Positions 9,925 through 18,934 of a stretch of DNA of 24,000 bases are shown piece after piece. The stretch's first letter is position 1; the number at the start of each line of letters is the position of its first letter. The notes under the pieces are model-generated. The model worked only from the letters and a program-made list of their open reading frames with translations. It had not been told where the DNA came from and made no database searches. The translations under genes and the position numbers were made by a program. The stretch comes from Atlantibacter sp. Lineage in GTDB: Bacteria; Pseudomonadota; Gammaproteobacteria; Enterobacterales; Enterobacteriaceae. The stretch spans positions 43,036 through 67,035 of the forward strand of contig NZ_DAMBQK010000019.1 of NCBI RefSeq assembly GCF_032062175.1, read 5' to 3'.

Positions 9925-10473
9925 ATGACGCAGCCAATTAGCGTTATTGCTAAAAGTCTAGTGCGGGAACGCCAGCGCACCGGGCTTTCGCTGGCGGAAA
10001 TCGCCCGCCGCGCCGGGATTGCTAAATCCACGCTGTCACAGTTGGAGTCCGGTAACGGCAACCCCAGCCTGGAGACACTGTGGTCGCTGTGTGTGGCGCT
10101 GGATATACCTTTCGCCCGTTTGCTGGAGCCGCAGTTGCCGACGACGCAGGTGATCCGCCGGGGCGAGGGGATGAAAGTGATCGCCGGGGAAGCCAACTAT
10201 CAGGCAATTTTGCTGGCTGCCTGCCCGCCGGGGGCGCGACGCGACGTGTATCTGCTGCTGACGCAGCCGGGTGCCGACCGCGTTTCACAGCCGCATCCGC
10301 CGGGGTCGGTGGAGCATATTATCGTGACCAAAGGGCGTGCGATGGTGGGGCTGACGGAAGCGCCAGAAGAATTGGGCCAGGGGGATTACATCTGCTATCC
10401 CGCCGATCGCCAGCACATTTTTAAAGCGCTGGAGCCGGATACCCAGGCCCTGCTGGTGGCGGAACAGAATTAA
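9925..10473 (+). CDS. XRE-family HTH transcriptional regulator with a C-terminal cupin domain
   Basis: The 182-aa ORF has an N-terminal HTH_3-like stretch, RTGLSLAEIARRAGIAKSTLSQLESGNGNPSLETL. The C-terminal region (GSVEHIIVTKGRA...GDYICYPADRQH) looks like a cupin beta-barrel. It is divergent from azlCD, a common arrangement. Confidence 0.85.
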   Translation: MTQPISVIAKSLVRERQRTGLSLAEIARRAGIAKSTLSQLESGNGNPSLETLWSLCVALDIPFARLLEPQLPTTQVIRRGEGMKVIAGEANYQAILLAACPPGARRDVYLLLTQPGADRVSQPHPPGSVEHIIVTKGRAMVGLTEAPEELGQGDYICYPADRQHIFKALEPDTQALLVAEQN

Positions 10474-10500
10474 AAAAGCCCGGCTTTTTTTGCCGGGCTA
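10474..10500. terminator. Bidirectional rho-independent terminator between the convergent XRE regulator gene and rhaM
   Basis: The sequence is AAAAAAGCCCGGC-TTTTTTT-GCCGGGCT. An 8-bp GC stem (10477-10484 / 10492-10499) is flanked by A-run/T-run. On the minus strand the stem is followed by TTTTTTA. Confidence 0.8.
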
Positions 10501-10506
10501 ATTGAC

Positions 10507-10821
10507 TCACTCCAGGTAAAACACTTCTTTTAGTTCTTCGCTTACCGGGCTGTTATCCGGGTTAGCTGGCATCACTTCACGCATATGTTTCCACCAGCGT
10601 TGGCATACCTCGGTCTCCGCCACCGCGTTCCAGCGGGCTTCTGACTCGATCTCTACGGTTGCAAAAAGCAGGTTACGCTGTGCATCGAGATAAATAGCGT
10701 AGTGATGAGCACCGTGCTGCTTAAGAACAGCCTCCAGCTCTGGCCAAATCGGCGAATGACGGCGTTGATACTCTTTATGGGCATCGGGGTTCACCTGCAT
10801 CACAAAGGCTTTGCGGATCAT
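10507..10821 (-). CDS. rhaM: L-rhamnose mutarotase
   Basis: The 104-aa ORF is nearly colinear with E. coli RhaM/YiiL as recalled ([42 protein letters not shown]...NLLFA.VEIESE.RWNAVA...[27 protein letters not shown]). Its ATG overlaps the upstream stop (ATGA at 10818-10821). Confidence 0.95.
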   Translation of the reverse strand: MIRKAFVMQVNPDAHKEYQRRHSPIWPELEAVLKQHGAHHYAIYLDAQRNLLFATVEIESEARWNAVAETEVCQRWWKHMREVMPANPDNSPVSEELKEVFYLE

Positions 10822-11966
10822 AACGCCTCCAGGTACAGCGCCCGCACCTCGTCACGGGTGGCGGTACGCGGATTGCACGGCGCGCACGGATCGGCCAGCG
10901 CTTTATCCAGCCAGCCTTCGATATCTGCTTTGCTCACGCCCAGTTCAGCGAAACCCGACGGAATGCCGACGCGGGCAGACAGCGCGCGAATCGCATCAAT
11001 GGCCTTATGGCTGGCCTGTTCGTCGGTTAAGCCGTGGATATCCACGCCCATCGCCTGGGCGACACGTGCAAAACGCGCCTCGGCGTTCGGGCGGTTAAAG
11101 TTCTCAATGACCGGCAGCAGGATCGCGTTGCAGACGCCGTGCGGCAGGTTATGGGTCGCGCCCGGCTGATGCGCCAGCGCGTGCACCAGGCCAAGCCCGG
11201 CGCTGTTAAACGCCATTCCCGCCAGATACTGCCCGTATGCCATCATTTCGCGCGCTTGCAGGTTGTGACCGTTGTCCACCGCCTGCGGCAGCCACTGGCT
11301 GATTAAGCGGATAGCTTCCAGCGCGTTGGCGTCGGTCAGCGGATGTGCGCCCACCGAGACATAGGCTTCTACCGCGTGGGTCAGGGCGTCCATACCCGTG
11401 GCAGCGGTGACAGCAGCCGGGATATCCAGCATCACGCTGGCGTCATCCACGGCGATATCCGGGATGATATTCGGGTCGATAATCACCTCTTTCACCTGGC
11501 GTTCGCTGTCGATGATCACCGCGTTGCTGGTCATCTCCGCCGCTGTACCGGCGGTGGTGTTAATCGCCACCAGCGGTACGCCCGGATGGGTGACTTTGCC
11601 GACGCCGGAGTAAGCGGTGGAGGGCCCCGGATTGGCGGTTAAAATCTTCACCGCTTTGGCAGTATCAATCGGGCTGCCGCCACCGAAGGCGATAAGATAA
11701 TCGCACTGCGCCTCGTTAAACGCGGCGAAACCCTGCTGCACCAGCGCTTCCGTCGGGTTAGGGAACACCTTATCGAATAGCTGGTATGAAAGCTGATGGG
11801 CGTCCAGCGCGGTAAACAGGCTATCCAGCAGGCCCATTTTCACCAGTTGACCGTCGGTGACGATCAGCGCTTTGCCCCATTTTTTCCCGGCGATCAGTTT
11901 AACCATATCGCCAATGGCACCTGCGCCATGCAGGCTGATTTTCGGCAATGCTAATAAAAAGCTCAT
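10818..11966 (-). CDS. Iron-containing (group III) alcohol dehydrogenase, a lactaldehyde reductase / 1,2-propanediol oxidoreductase homologue (FucO-like)
   Basis: The 382-aa ORF has the family motifs [11 protein letters not shown], a TTAGTAAE segment and HxxxH-type metal ligands ([26 protein letters not shown]). The size equals that of FucO. It sits between rhaD and rhaM, where the rhamnose pathway produces L-lactaldehyde. An SD AAGGA lies 8 nt upstream. Confidence 0.85.
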   Translation of the reverse strand: MSFLLALPKISLHGAGAIGDMVKLIAGKKWGKALIVTDGQLVKMGLLDSLFTALDAHQLSYQLFDKVFPNPTEALVQQGFAAFNEAQCDYLIAFGGGSPIDTAKAVKILTANPGPSTAYSGVGKVTHPGVPLVAINTTAGTAAEMTSNAVIIDSERQVKEVIIDPNIIPDIAVDDASVMLDIPAAVTAATGMDALTHAVEAYVSVGAHPLTDANALEAIRLISQWLPQAVDNGHNLQAREMMAYGQYLAGMAFNSAGLGLVHALAHQPGATHNLPHGVCNAILLPVIENFNRPNAEARFARVAQAMGVDIHGLTDEQASHKAIDAIRALSARVGIPSGFAELGVSKADIEGWLDKALADPCAPCNPRTATRDEVRALYLEAL

Positions 11967-11978
11967 GGCTGTTGTCCT

Positions 11979-12803
11979 TTACAGTTCCAGCGCGCTGGCG
12001 AGCGGGGTGACGCCGAAGCGTTTGCCCAGCGCGATCAGTTCGTCGCGAGAGATAGTTTGTTTCATGCCGCCCATAGAGATGACTTTCACCAGGATCTCGG
12101 CGGATTTCTCGGCGGTATCAATCAGGCCGAAGGCTTCGTCCAGCGTCGGGCCGCTGCCGAATACGCCGTGGAACGGCCACAGTACCAGGGAATGTTTACC
12201 CATTTCGTGCGCGGTCGCCTGGCCGATTTCATCGGTGCCCGGCACCATCCACGGCAGAATGCCCACGCCGTCCGGGAACACCACCAGGCACTCGGTGCTG
12301 CCTTCCCACAGTTTGCGGGTGATGACGTCGGTGCGGTTTTCCAGCACATAGGTCAGCGAAATCAGGTTGGTGGCGTGACAGTGCATAATCACGCGGTCTT
12401 TGCCCTGGGTGGCTTTAATGCGCTCGCAGTGGGACAGGAAGTGCGCCGGGAGTTCAGAGGTCGGCACCGCGCTGTCTTCCAGGCCCCACAGGATGTGATA
12501 ACCCGCGCCGTCGCTGTCGACTTTAACGATACCGAGGTTGGCAGCCGGGGCCAGTTGCACGTTGCGGAAGAACTTACCGGAGCCGGTGACGATAAACGGC
12601 GTGTTCGCCAGCAGCGGCATCGGCTGGCTCAGGGCGATATAGCGCGGTTTGGCATGGAAATCGGCCTGATAATCTGCGATATCCGCCTCATCCAGGCGCA
12701 GCGTCAGGTTGCCGCCGTTGCGCTCGTCCCAGCCTTTCAGCCAGGCGTCGGTGGTGGCTTTGATCATGCCCTGAACGAACCAGGAATTAATAATAGTCTG
12801 CAT
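11979..12803 (-). CDS. rhaD: Rhamnulose-1-phosphate aldolase
   Basis: The 274-aa ORF starts [38 protein letters not shown], colinear with E. coli RhaD as recalled. Class II aldolase His ligands are present (HCHATN, HGVFG). An SD AAGGAA is present upstream. Confidence 0.95.
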   Translation of the reverse strand: MQTIINSWFVQGMIKATTDAWLKGWDERNGGNLTLRLDEADIADYQADFHAKPRYIALSQPMPLLANTPFIVTGSGKFFRNVQLAPAANLGIVKVDSDGAGYHILWGLEDSAVPTSELPAHFLSHCERIKATQGKDRVIMHCHATNLISLTYVLENRTDVITRKLWEGSTECLVVFPDGVGILPWMVPGTDEIGQATAHEMGKHSLVLWPFHGVFGSGPTLDEAFGLIDTAEKSAEILVKVISMGGMKQTISRDELIALGKRFGVTPLASALEL

Positions 12804-12820
12804 AGTGTTGTTTCCTTTAC

Positions 12821-12839
12821 GGGGCCAGCCAGTGGCCCC
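12821..12839 (-). other. GC-rich intercistronic hairpin between rhaA and rhaD
   Basis: The sequence is GGGGCCA-gccag-TGGCCCC, a 7-bp perfect stem inside the 51-nt rhaA-rhaD spacer. There is no U-tract, so it is more likely an mRNA-stability or processing element than a terminator. Confidence 0.5.
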
Positions 12840-12854
12840 TGTGAACCTGAGTCG

Positions 12855-14114
12855 TTACGCGCGTTTGCGCAGAATGCTTTCTTCGTAGGCGCGGACGCTT
12901 TCCAGCCATTCGCTGCCCGCTGGGGTATCGTTGCGCTGGCAGTACATTTCCCACACGGCCTGCCATGGCAGGGATTTCTGCTCTTCCAGCAGCGCCAGAC
13001 GGCCAGTGTAATCACCGTTCAGCTCCAGCTTGCGCAGGTGATCGGTCGGCTCCAGCAGGGCGCGCAGCAGGGCTTTTTTCATGTTGCGGGTGCCGATAAC
13101 CCATGCCGCGATGCGGTTAATCGAGGCGTCAAAGAAATCGAGGCCGATATGCACCCGGTCAAACAGGTCATGGCGAATGATTTCGCTGGCGATGGCCTGG
13201 GTTTCATCATCCAGCAGCACCACGTGGTCGCTGTCCCAGCGCACCGGACGGCTGACGTGCAGCAGCAGGCGCGGCACATACAGCATGGCGGCGGAAATCT
13301 TGTCGGAAATCACTTCGGTGGGATGGAAGTGACCCGCGTCCAGGCACAGCGCGGTCTGGCGGCTGGCGGCGTAGCCCATATAGAACTCGTTCGAGCCGAC
13401 GGTGTAGCTTTCTGCGCCAATCCCGAACAGTTTGCTTTCAACGGCGTCGATATGGTGGGCATCATCGAACTTCTCGCTGATAACTTCATCCAGCGCGGCG
13501 AGCAGGCGCTGACGGGGGCCAAGACGGTCAATCGGCATATCTTTCATGCCGTCCGGGATCCAGATGTTCATTACCGACGGCGTTCCCAGTTGCTCACCAA
13601 AGTAAGCGGAAATGCGGCGGCTGGCTTTGCAGTGATCGATCCAGAACTGGCGAATTTCATCGTTAGCGTGTGACAGGGTAAAACCGTCAGCGCTCAGCGG
13701 ATGCGAGAAGCAGGACGGGTTGAAATCGAGGCCAACCTGTTGTTTTTTGGCCCATTCTACCCAGTTTTTGAAGTGTTCTGGTTTGATGGCGTTGCGCTCA
13801 ACGGGCGTATCGGATTCCAGATAGATGGCGTGCAGGTTCAGGCGTTTCGGTCCAGGGATCAGGCTCATCGCCTGTTCCAGATCGGCGCGCAGCTCGCTGG
13901 CGTTACGCGCTTTGCCCGGATAATTACCGGTGGCCTGGATGCCGCCGGTCAGCCCGCCTTCCGGGTTTTCAAAACCGGCGACGTCATCGCCCTGCCAGCA
14001 GTGCATGGAGACCGGCAGACGATCGAGGGCCGCCAGGGCCTGTTCGGCATCGACGCCAACGGCGGCGAAACGCTGTTTAGCCAGTTCCCATGCCTGATTA
14101 ATAGAAGTAGTCAT
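12855..14114 (-). CDS. rhaA: L-rhamnose isomerase
   Basis: The ORF is colinear with E. coli RhaA as recalled ([15 protein letters not shown]...[42 protein letters not shown]...). I place the start at ATG 14114 (MTTSINQAW...), preceded by AAGGAG. The TTG at 14120 used by the track is rejected. This ATG overlaps the rhaB stop (ATGA). Confidence 0.95.
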   Translation of the reverse strand: MTTSINQAWELAKQRFAAVGVDAEQALAALDRLPVSMHCWQGDDVAGFENPEGGLTGGIQATGNYPGKARNASELRADLEQAMSLIPGPKRLNLHAIYLESDTPVERNAIKPEHFKNWVEWAKKQQVGLDFNPSCFSHPLSADGFTLSHANDEIRQFWIDHCKASRRISAYFGEQLGTPSVMNIWIPDGMKDMPIDRLGPRQRLLAALDEVISEKFDDAHHIDAVESKLFGIGAESYTVGSNEFYMGYAASRQTALCLDAGHFHPTEVISDKISAAMLYVPRLLLHVSRPVRWDSDHVVLLDDETQAIASEIIRHDLFDRVHIGLDFFDASINRIAAWVIGTRNMKKALLRALLEPTDHLRKLELNGDYTGRLALLEEQKSLPWQAVWEMYCQRNDTPAGSEWLESVRAYEESILRKRA

Positions 14115-15580
14115 GCGCAAAGCTCCTTTGTTTGATGGGTTTGCTGAAACTGCGCAGCAACGCGGGCAATTTCGCTATGTTGATTGGGCGTAAAGGTGGT
14201 GAGTGAGCTGGTTTGCTGGATAACCCGGCGGAAGTCGTCGACGTCAGAGATTTCATCCAGCGCCATCAGTTGGCAGCCGATATTGCCGAGGGTCGAGGCC
14301 TCGATGGGCCCGGCGGAAACCGGCAGCCCGCAGGCGTCAGCGCACAGTTGATTGAGAAAATGGTTCTGGCTGCCGCCGCCGACGATATGCAGGCGGGTAA
14401 ACGGCTTGCCGCGCAGCCGCGCCAGTTCGTGCAGCACATCGGCATACAGCAGCGCCAGGCTGTCAAAAATGGTACGCGCCAGCTCCGCCGCGGTTTGCGG
14501 AACGGGCTGATTGCTCTCCCGGCAGGCGGCCTGGATTTGCAGGCTCATGTTGGGCGGATTGATAAACCGATCGTCATTTGGGTTGATCACGCAGCGGCAG
14601 GCCGGAAGCTGGCGGGCGCGTTCAATCAGCGCAGACAGATCGGTGATGTTGTGTTCTTTGGTGACGCGCTGGAGCAGCCACAGCCCCATGATGTTTTTCA
14701 ACACCCGGTAGCGGCCTTCCGCGCCGCCTTCATTGGTGATATTGGCGGCCAGAGCATCGGCGTGGGCGTAGGGGGTTTTGCTTTCAAAACCCATCAACGA
14801 CCAGGTGCCGGATGAGAGATACGCGGCGTCTTTGCCTTCCAGCGGCGCGGCGATCACCGCGCTGGCGGTATCGTGGGTCGCGACGGACACTACCGGGATA
14901 TGGTTGCCCTGGGCGCAGACCCAGTGGCCGACCACGCTGCCCGGATGGCTCGGTTTGCCGAACCAGCGCGCCGGTACGCCCGCCCATTCCAGCAGCGTAT
15001 CGTCCCAGTTATCGGTATTGATATTGACCAGTTGCGTGGTGGTGGCGTTGGTGTATTCCCAGTTCATCACCCCGGTCAGGCGATAGCACAGGTAATCGGG
15101 GATCAGCAGGGCATGCGCCACGCTATCCACCAGGTTTGGCTGCTGTTGGGTCAGCGCGCGCAGTTGGTACAGCGTGTTAAAAGGTAAAAACTGGATACCG
15201 GTACGGCGATAGATCTCGTCACGGCCCAGGGATTCGCACGCCTGCTGCATAATGCCGTCGGTGCGGCTATCGCGATAGGCCACCGCCGGGCCAACGCGCT
15301 GGCCCTGCACGTCCAGTAATACGACGTCCACGCCCCAGGTATCAATACCGATACTGTCGATAGCGACGCCCTGTTCGCAGGCTTTTTGCAGGCCGAAACG
15401 AATTTCGCTTTCCAGCGCGTCCACGTCCCAGCAATCAAACTGCCCGTCGCGGATCAGCGCGTTGGTGAAGCGGTGGATCTCGGTGAGTTGCAGATCGCGG
15501 CTGGCCGTGTCGAAGCGCGCCAGCATCACGCGACCGCTTGAGGCACCCAGATCAACGGCAACGCTATGTCGAATAGACAT
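14111..15580 (-). CDS. rhaB: Rhamnulokinase
   Basis: The ORF has FGGY-kinase motifs ([32 protein letters not shown]) and is colinear with E. coli RhaB as recalled. The start is moved to ATG 15580 ([12 protein letters not shown]...), which has an upstream AAGGAT and matches the homologue N-terminus. The track start at 15604 adds 8 unsupported residues. Confidence 0.94.
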   Translation of the reverse strand: MSIRHSVAVDLGASSGRVMLARFDTASRDLQLTEIHRFTNALIRDGQFDCWDVDALESEIRFGLQKACEQGVAIDSIGIDTWGVDVVLLDVQGQRVGPAVAYRDSRTDGIMQQACESLGRDEIYRRTGIQFLPFNTLYQLRALTQQQPNLVDSVAHALLIPDYLCYRLTGVMNWEYTNATTTQLVNINTDNWDDTLLEWAGVPARWFGKPSHPGSVVGHWVCAQGNHIPVVSVATHDTASAVIAAPLEGKDAAYLSSGTWSLMGFESKTPYAHADALAANITNEGGAEGRYRVLKNIMGLWLLQRVTKEHNITDLSALIERARQLPACRCVINPNDDRFINPPNMSLQIQAACRESNQPVPQTAAELARTIFDSLALLYADVLHELARLRGKPFTRLHIVGGGSQNHFLNQLCADACGLPVSAGPIEASTLGNIGCQLMALDEISDVDDFRRVIQQTSSLTTFTPNQHSEIARVAAQFQQTHQTKELCA

Positions 15581-15612
15581 GATGGGAATCCTTATCTGAA
15601 TCATTGCCCATC

Positions 15613-15707
15613 AGTCTAAAAAGAAGCCTGGCGCGTCACCTTCTCGCCACTGACAACGTCAAACCCGCACTGGCAAGAAGCCAAAGGTGAACGTGAGTGA
15701 ACTCACA
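15613..15707 (-). promoter_or_regulatory. rhaBAD promoter: -10 element, two RhaS half-sites and a CRP site
   Basis: The region aligns with the E. coli PrhaBAD sequence as recalled. The -10 is TAGACT (15613-15618, - strand). The RhaS half-sites, read on the + strand, are ACCTTCTCGCCACTGAC (15638-15654) and GGCAAGAAGCCAAAGGT (15672-15688), separated by 17 bp. The CRP site is cGTGAgtgaacTCACA (15692-15707). Confidence 0.8.
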
Positions 15708-15761
15708 GTTTGCATTTCAGGCGGGTTGTGAGCCTTGCCGCAATTCCCGATCTTTCCTGCG

Positions 15762-15839
15762 GATTCTTAAAAAACGAACACAATTTGCGCCGTTTAGCGT
15801 CGAAAAGTTAAGGTACGGCGTGGGGCGGTTATCTACTAT
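15762..15839 (+). promoter_or_regulatory. rhaSR promoter with a RhaR binding region
   Basis: The region aligns with E. coli PrhaSR as recalled. The distal element is ATTCTTAAAAAACGAACA (about 15762-15779). The proximal half-site is CGTCGAAAAGTTAAGGT (15798-15814). The -10 is TACTAT (15834-15839), 19 nt downstream of the proximal site, mirroring the RhaS promoters. Confidence 0.65.
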
Positions 15840-15869
15840 CAAGCGAAATTTCATTGGTGGGAGGTGAAA

Positions 15870-16706
15870 ATGACCGTCTTAACATGCAGCGATTTTTTCC
15901 CGTGTAGCGCCGCGACCGTGGCGATTGAGCCTCGCTTGCCGCAGTCGGCATTCCCGGAACATCACCATGATTTTTATGAGATTGTTATTGTCGAACACGG
16001 CACCGGCGCGCACATCTTTAACGGCCAGCCCTATACCCTGAGCGGTGGTTCGGTGTGCTTTGTGCGCGATCACGACAGACACCTGTTCGAACACACCGAG
16101 AACCTGTGCCTGACCAATGTTCTCTATCGCGCGCCCGACGCGTTCAGCTTCCTTGCCGGGCTGGATAAACTGCTGCCTCAGGAGCAGGACGGTATTTATC
16201 CTTCCCACTGGCGCGTTCCGGCACAAGTGCTGGCGCAGGTGAAAAATCTCCTGGCAGATCTGGAAGTATTAGGAAATGCCAGCGACACCCATAGCCTGGC
16301 CCAGCGTGAAATTCTGTTTATGCAGTTGCTGATCCAGATCCGCAAAGGCAGCCTGGCCGACCAGTCCGCTGGCGCGGATAACCGGCTAAATATGATGATC
16401 GGTTGGCTTGAGGAGCACTTTTCCAGCGAAGTTTGTTGGGAGACCCTGGCCGGGCAGTTTGACCTGTCGCTACGTACCCTGCATCGCCAGCTTAAGCAGC
16501 AAACCGGTTTAACGCCCCAACGTTATCTGAATCGGCTGCGTTTAATGCGCGCGCGCCATTTGCTGCGCCATAGCGAGGAGAGCGTCACGGATATCGCGTA
16601 TCAGTGCGGTTTCGGCGACAGTAACCACTTTTCCACCCTGTTTAAGCGAGAGTTTTGTTTCTCTCCACGCGATATTCGCCAGGGCCGCGATCGCCAACTC
16701 CAGTAA
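15870..16706 (+). CDS. rhaS: AraC-family L-rhamnose-responsive activator RhaS
   Basis: The ORF is colinear with E. coli RhaS ([61 protein letters not shown]; C-terminal [67 protein letters not shown]). The start is ATG 15870 after GGAGG, not the GTG at 15864 in the track. Confidence 0.95.
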   Translation: MTVLTCSDFFPCSAATVAIEPRLPQSAFPEHHHDFYEIVIVEHGTGAHIFNGQPYTLSGGSVCFVRDHDRHLFEHTENLCLTNVLYRAPDAFSFLAGLDKLLPQEQDGIYPSHWRVPAQVLAQVKNLLADLEVLGNASDTHSLAQREILFMQLLIQIRKGSLADQSAGADNRLNMMIGWLEEHFSSEVCWETLAGQFDLSLRTLHRQLKQQTGLTPQRYLNRLRLMRARHLLRHSEESVTDIAYQCGFGDSNHFSTLFKREFCFSPRDIRQGRDRQLQ

Positions 16707-16842
16707 CGCGAACAACATCACCGTTTTTTGTCTCGGGAAATTCAATAATTTCCGATTGCGACCAGGCCCGCTGCGACGCCCTGACAGGCTGCGCGGCGGG
16801 TGACTTACGTACTTCCATTCTGACTCACTCCGGGGGCAAATA

Positions 16843-17706
16843 TTGGCCGCTCAGTTGATCCTCAAAAAAGCCGATTTTTTCGCCTCCCCCATGCAGCCAG
16901 TGGCGGTAGCGGACCGTTATCCGCAAAACGTGTTCGCTGAACACACCCACGATTTTTGCGAACTGGTGATGGTATGGCGCGGTAATGGCTTACACGTGCT
17001 GAACGATCGCCCGTGGCGCATCACCTGCGGCGATCTGTTTTATATCAAGGCGGAAGATCGCCACAGCTATGAGTCAGTCAACGATCTGGTGCTGCACAAC
17101 ATTATCTACTGCCCGGAACGGCTCACGCTCAATGTGGACTGGGATACGCTGCTGAAACCGCAGGCAGATAGCCCGCGCTGGCGGCTGAACAGCCAGGGTA
17201 TCGCCCAGGCGCGGCAAATCATCAGCCAGCTCGAACATGAAAGCCCGAAAGACGACGCGCTGTCACGTACCCTGAGCGAAAGCCTGTTTCTGCAACTGTG
17301 CATTACGCTGCGCCGCCATCGCTATCAGCCCGACAGCACCGGTGCGCCGGGCCAGGGGGAAGTGTTAGATCTATTGATTGCCGCGCTGGACAATAGCGTG
17401 AATAACGCCTTCGATTTCCAGACGTTTTGCCTGCATCATCAAGCGCAGGAACGCCCGCTGCGCCAGCGCTTTCGCCAGCAAACCGGGATGACCATTAATC
17501 ACTATCTGCGCCAACTGCGCATTTGCCAGGCGCAATATTTGTTGCGCCGTACCGATATGCTGATTGGCGATATTGCCTCGCGCTGCGGCTTTGAGGACAG
17601 CAACTACTTTTCGGTGGTGTTTACCCGTGAAACGGGCGTGACGCCACGGTTGTGGCGTCAGCAGTGTCATGAATGGTTAAAACGCGAGGGTGTGCGGGAG
17701 GGTTAG
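16843..17706 (+). CDS. rhaR: AraC-family L-rhamnose-responsive activator RhaR
   Basis: The 287-aa ORF is colinear with E. coli RhaR from residue 1 ([57 protein letters not shown]...[20 protein letters not shown]). The only start compatible with that alignment is TTG at 16843. A G-run lies 9 nt upstream. Confidence 0.9.
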   Translation: MAAQLILKKADFFASPMQPVAVADRYPQNVFAEHTHDFCELVMVWRGNGLHVLNDRPWRITCGDLFYIKAEDRHSYESVNDLVLHNIIYCPERLTLNVDWDTLLKPQADSPRWRLNSQGIAQARQIISQLEHESPKDDALSRTLSESLFLQLCITLRRHRYQPDSTGAPGQGEVLDLLIAALDNSVNNAFDFQTFCLHHQAQERPLRQRFRQQTGMTINHYLRQLRICQAQYLLRRTDMLIGDIASRCGFEDSNYFSVVFTRETGVTPRLWRQQCHEWLKREGVREG

Positions 17707-18737
17707 CTCGCCATGCCCAGCCCAACGATGTTGGCGGCGATGATAATCACCACGCAGCCGACGCTCAGTACGCCCACCGGACGGCGTCCCGCCGATTTCC
17801 ACTCTTTCATAATCAACCCGACCAGGCCGCCGCACAGCACATAGAAGCTCATGTGCAGCATCCAGCTCATGTAGTCGTACTGCGCCGGGATTTTGGCGTG
17901 GCCCCAGGCGTAGAAGAAGAACTGCAAGTACCACATCAAGCCGGCCAGCATTGAGAACAGCACGTTGCTGATAATTAGCGGCTTAGCCAGCGAGAAGTCG
18001 GCGCGGACCGACAGGTTCTGCACTTTGGCCAGGCGGATAAAGCAGAAGCCGAGGTTAATCACCGCGCCGCCACCCATAATCACCACGTAGCTCGGGAGGG
18101 CGACATACAGCGGATCGACGCCTAACGCCGCTGCGGCTTCATGCATCGGCTTCGCCGCATCCATCGCAAAGGACATCCCGGCGGAGAAAATGCCGCACAT
18201 TACTGCCAGAATCAGCCCTTTCTTGAGGTTGAACTCCTCGGCTTTGATGCCCATCTGGCGCTCTTTCAATTGGCCTGCGCGGGTGACGATCCCGACGCCA
18301 ATCAGCGCCACAAACACGCCAAGCAGCGTCATTTGCCCACCGGGAGTGCCCACCAGTACGCCGAATTTGCCGTTCAGAATTGGCGTCATCAGGGTGCCGA
18401 CAATTAAGGTGATGCCGATGGCGATCCCGATGCCCATCGACATGCCCAGATAGCGCATGGTCAGGCCGTAGTTGATGTTGCCGATGCCCCACATCGCGCC
18501 GAACAGGAATACCGGCAACAGCGTGGAAGTGCTGAACGAACCGTAGTAGGACCAGAAATCAGGCAGCAGCGCGGCGCTGACCGCCCAGGGCAGAACAATC
18601 CACGACACTATCCCGCCCACTGACCACATGGTTTCCCATGACCAGTTTTTTACCTGCTTAAAAGGAGCGTAAAAACAGGCGGCGCTGGCCGCGCCAATAA
18701 GGTGCCAGAGGATCCCCATCGTTATTGCGTTACTCAT
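17703..18737 (-). CDS. rhaT: L-rhamnose-proton symporter
   Basis: The 344-aa ORF is polytopic (about 10 TM segments). It starts [43 protein letters not shown] as in E. coli RhaT. It is convergent with rhaR. Confidence 0.94.
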   Translation of the reverse strand: MSNAITMGILWHLIGAASAACFYAPFKQVKNWSWETMWSVGGIVSWIVLPWAVSAALLPDFWSYYGSFSTSTLLPVFLFGAMWGIGNINYGLTMRYLGMSMGIGIAIGITLIVGTLMTPILNGKFGVLVGTPGGQMTLLGVFVALIGVGIVTRAGQLKERQMGIKAEEFNLKKGLILAVMCGIFSAGMSFAMDAAKPMHEAAAALGVDPLYVALPSYVVIMGGGAVINLGFCFIRLAKVQNLSVRADFSLAKPLIISNVLFSMLAGLMWYLQFFFYAWGHAKIPAQYDYMSWMLHMSFYVLCGGLVGLIMKEWKSAGRRPVGVLSVGCVVIIIAANIVGLGMAS

Positions 18738-18796
18738 TCTTTAATTCCTCATTTTGTCGAATGGCCAGGGGTTCGAGCACACCCCCAATGACGACG

Positions 18797-18891
18797 AGTT
18801 TAGGGATACAGGAATAGGGCTACCTTCGGGCAACTGCCGCGCACACATCATAAATGGCAAAAAACAGCGGGTGGGTAAGACCGGGATCACA
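18797..18891 (-). promoter_or_regulatory. rhaT promoter: -10 element, RhaS half-sites and a CRP site
   Basis: The spacing is the same as at PrhaBAD. The -10 is TAAACT (18797-18802, - strand). Then follow ACCTTCGGGCAACTGCC (18822-18838), 17 bp, GGCAAAAAACAGCGGGT (18856-18872), 3 bp and TaaGAccgggaTCACA (18876-18891). Confidence 0.65.
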
Positions 18892-18902
18892 GTTCGAATT
18901 TT

Positions 18903-18928
18903 CTCCTCCCGGCAGCAGCCGGGAGGAG
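18903..18928 (-). terminator. Strong GC hairpin 6 nt after the isomerase stop codon (possible terminator or insulator)
   Basis: The sequence is CTCCTCCCGGC-agca-GCCGGGAGGAG, an 11-bp perfect stem. On the minus-strand transcript it is followed by AAAATT rather than a U-tract, so intrinsic termination is not assured. Confidence 0.4.
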
Positions 18929-18934
18929 GGAGGA

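Noticed and set aside
12057-13673. 538-aa + strand ORF, the longest 'new' ORF in the track
   Set aside because: It lies entirely antisense to rhaD and rhaA, whose minus-strand products are colinear with well-known enzymes. Its composition (very rich in A/G/V/R/Q, no recognisable motifs, no SD) is typical of stop-free antisense frames in GC-rich coding DNA.
14115-14120. Extended starts proposed by the ORF track: TTG 14120 for rhaA, ATG 15604 for rhaB, GTG 15864 for rhaS, TTG 22767 for yiiM
   Set aside because: In each case a downstream ATG has a proper Shine-Dalgarno sequence and coincides with the N-terminus of the E. coli homologue. The extra residues have no homologous counterpart.
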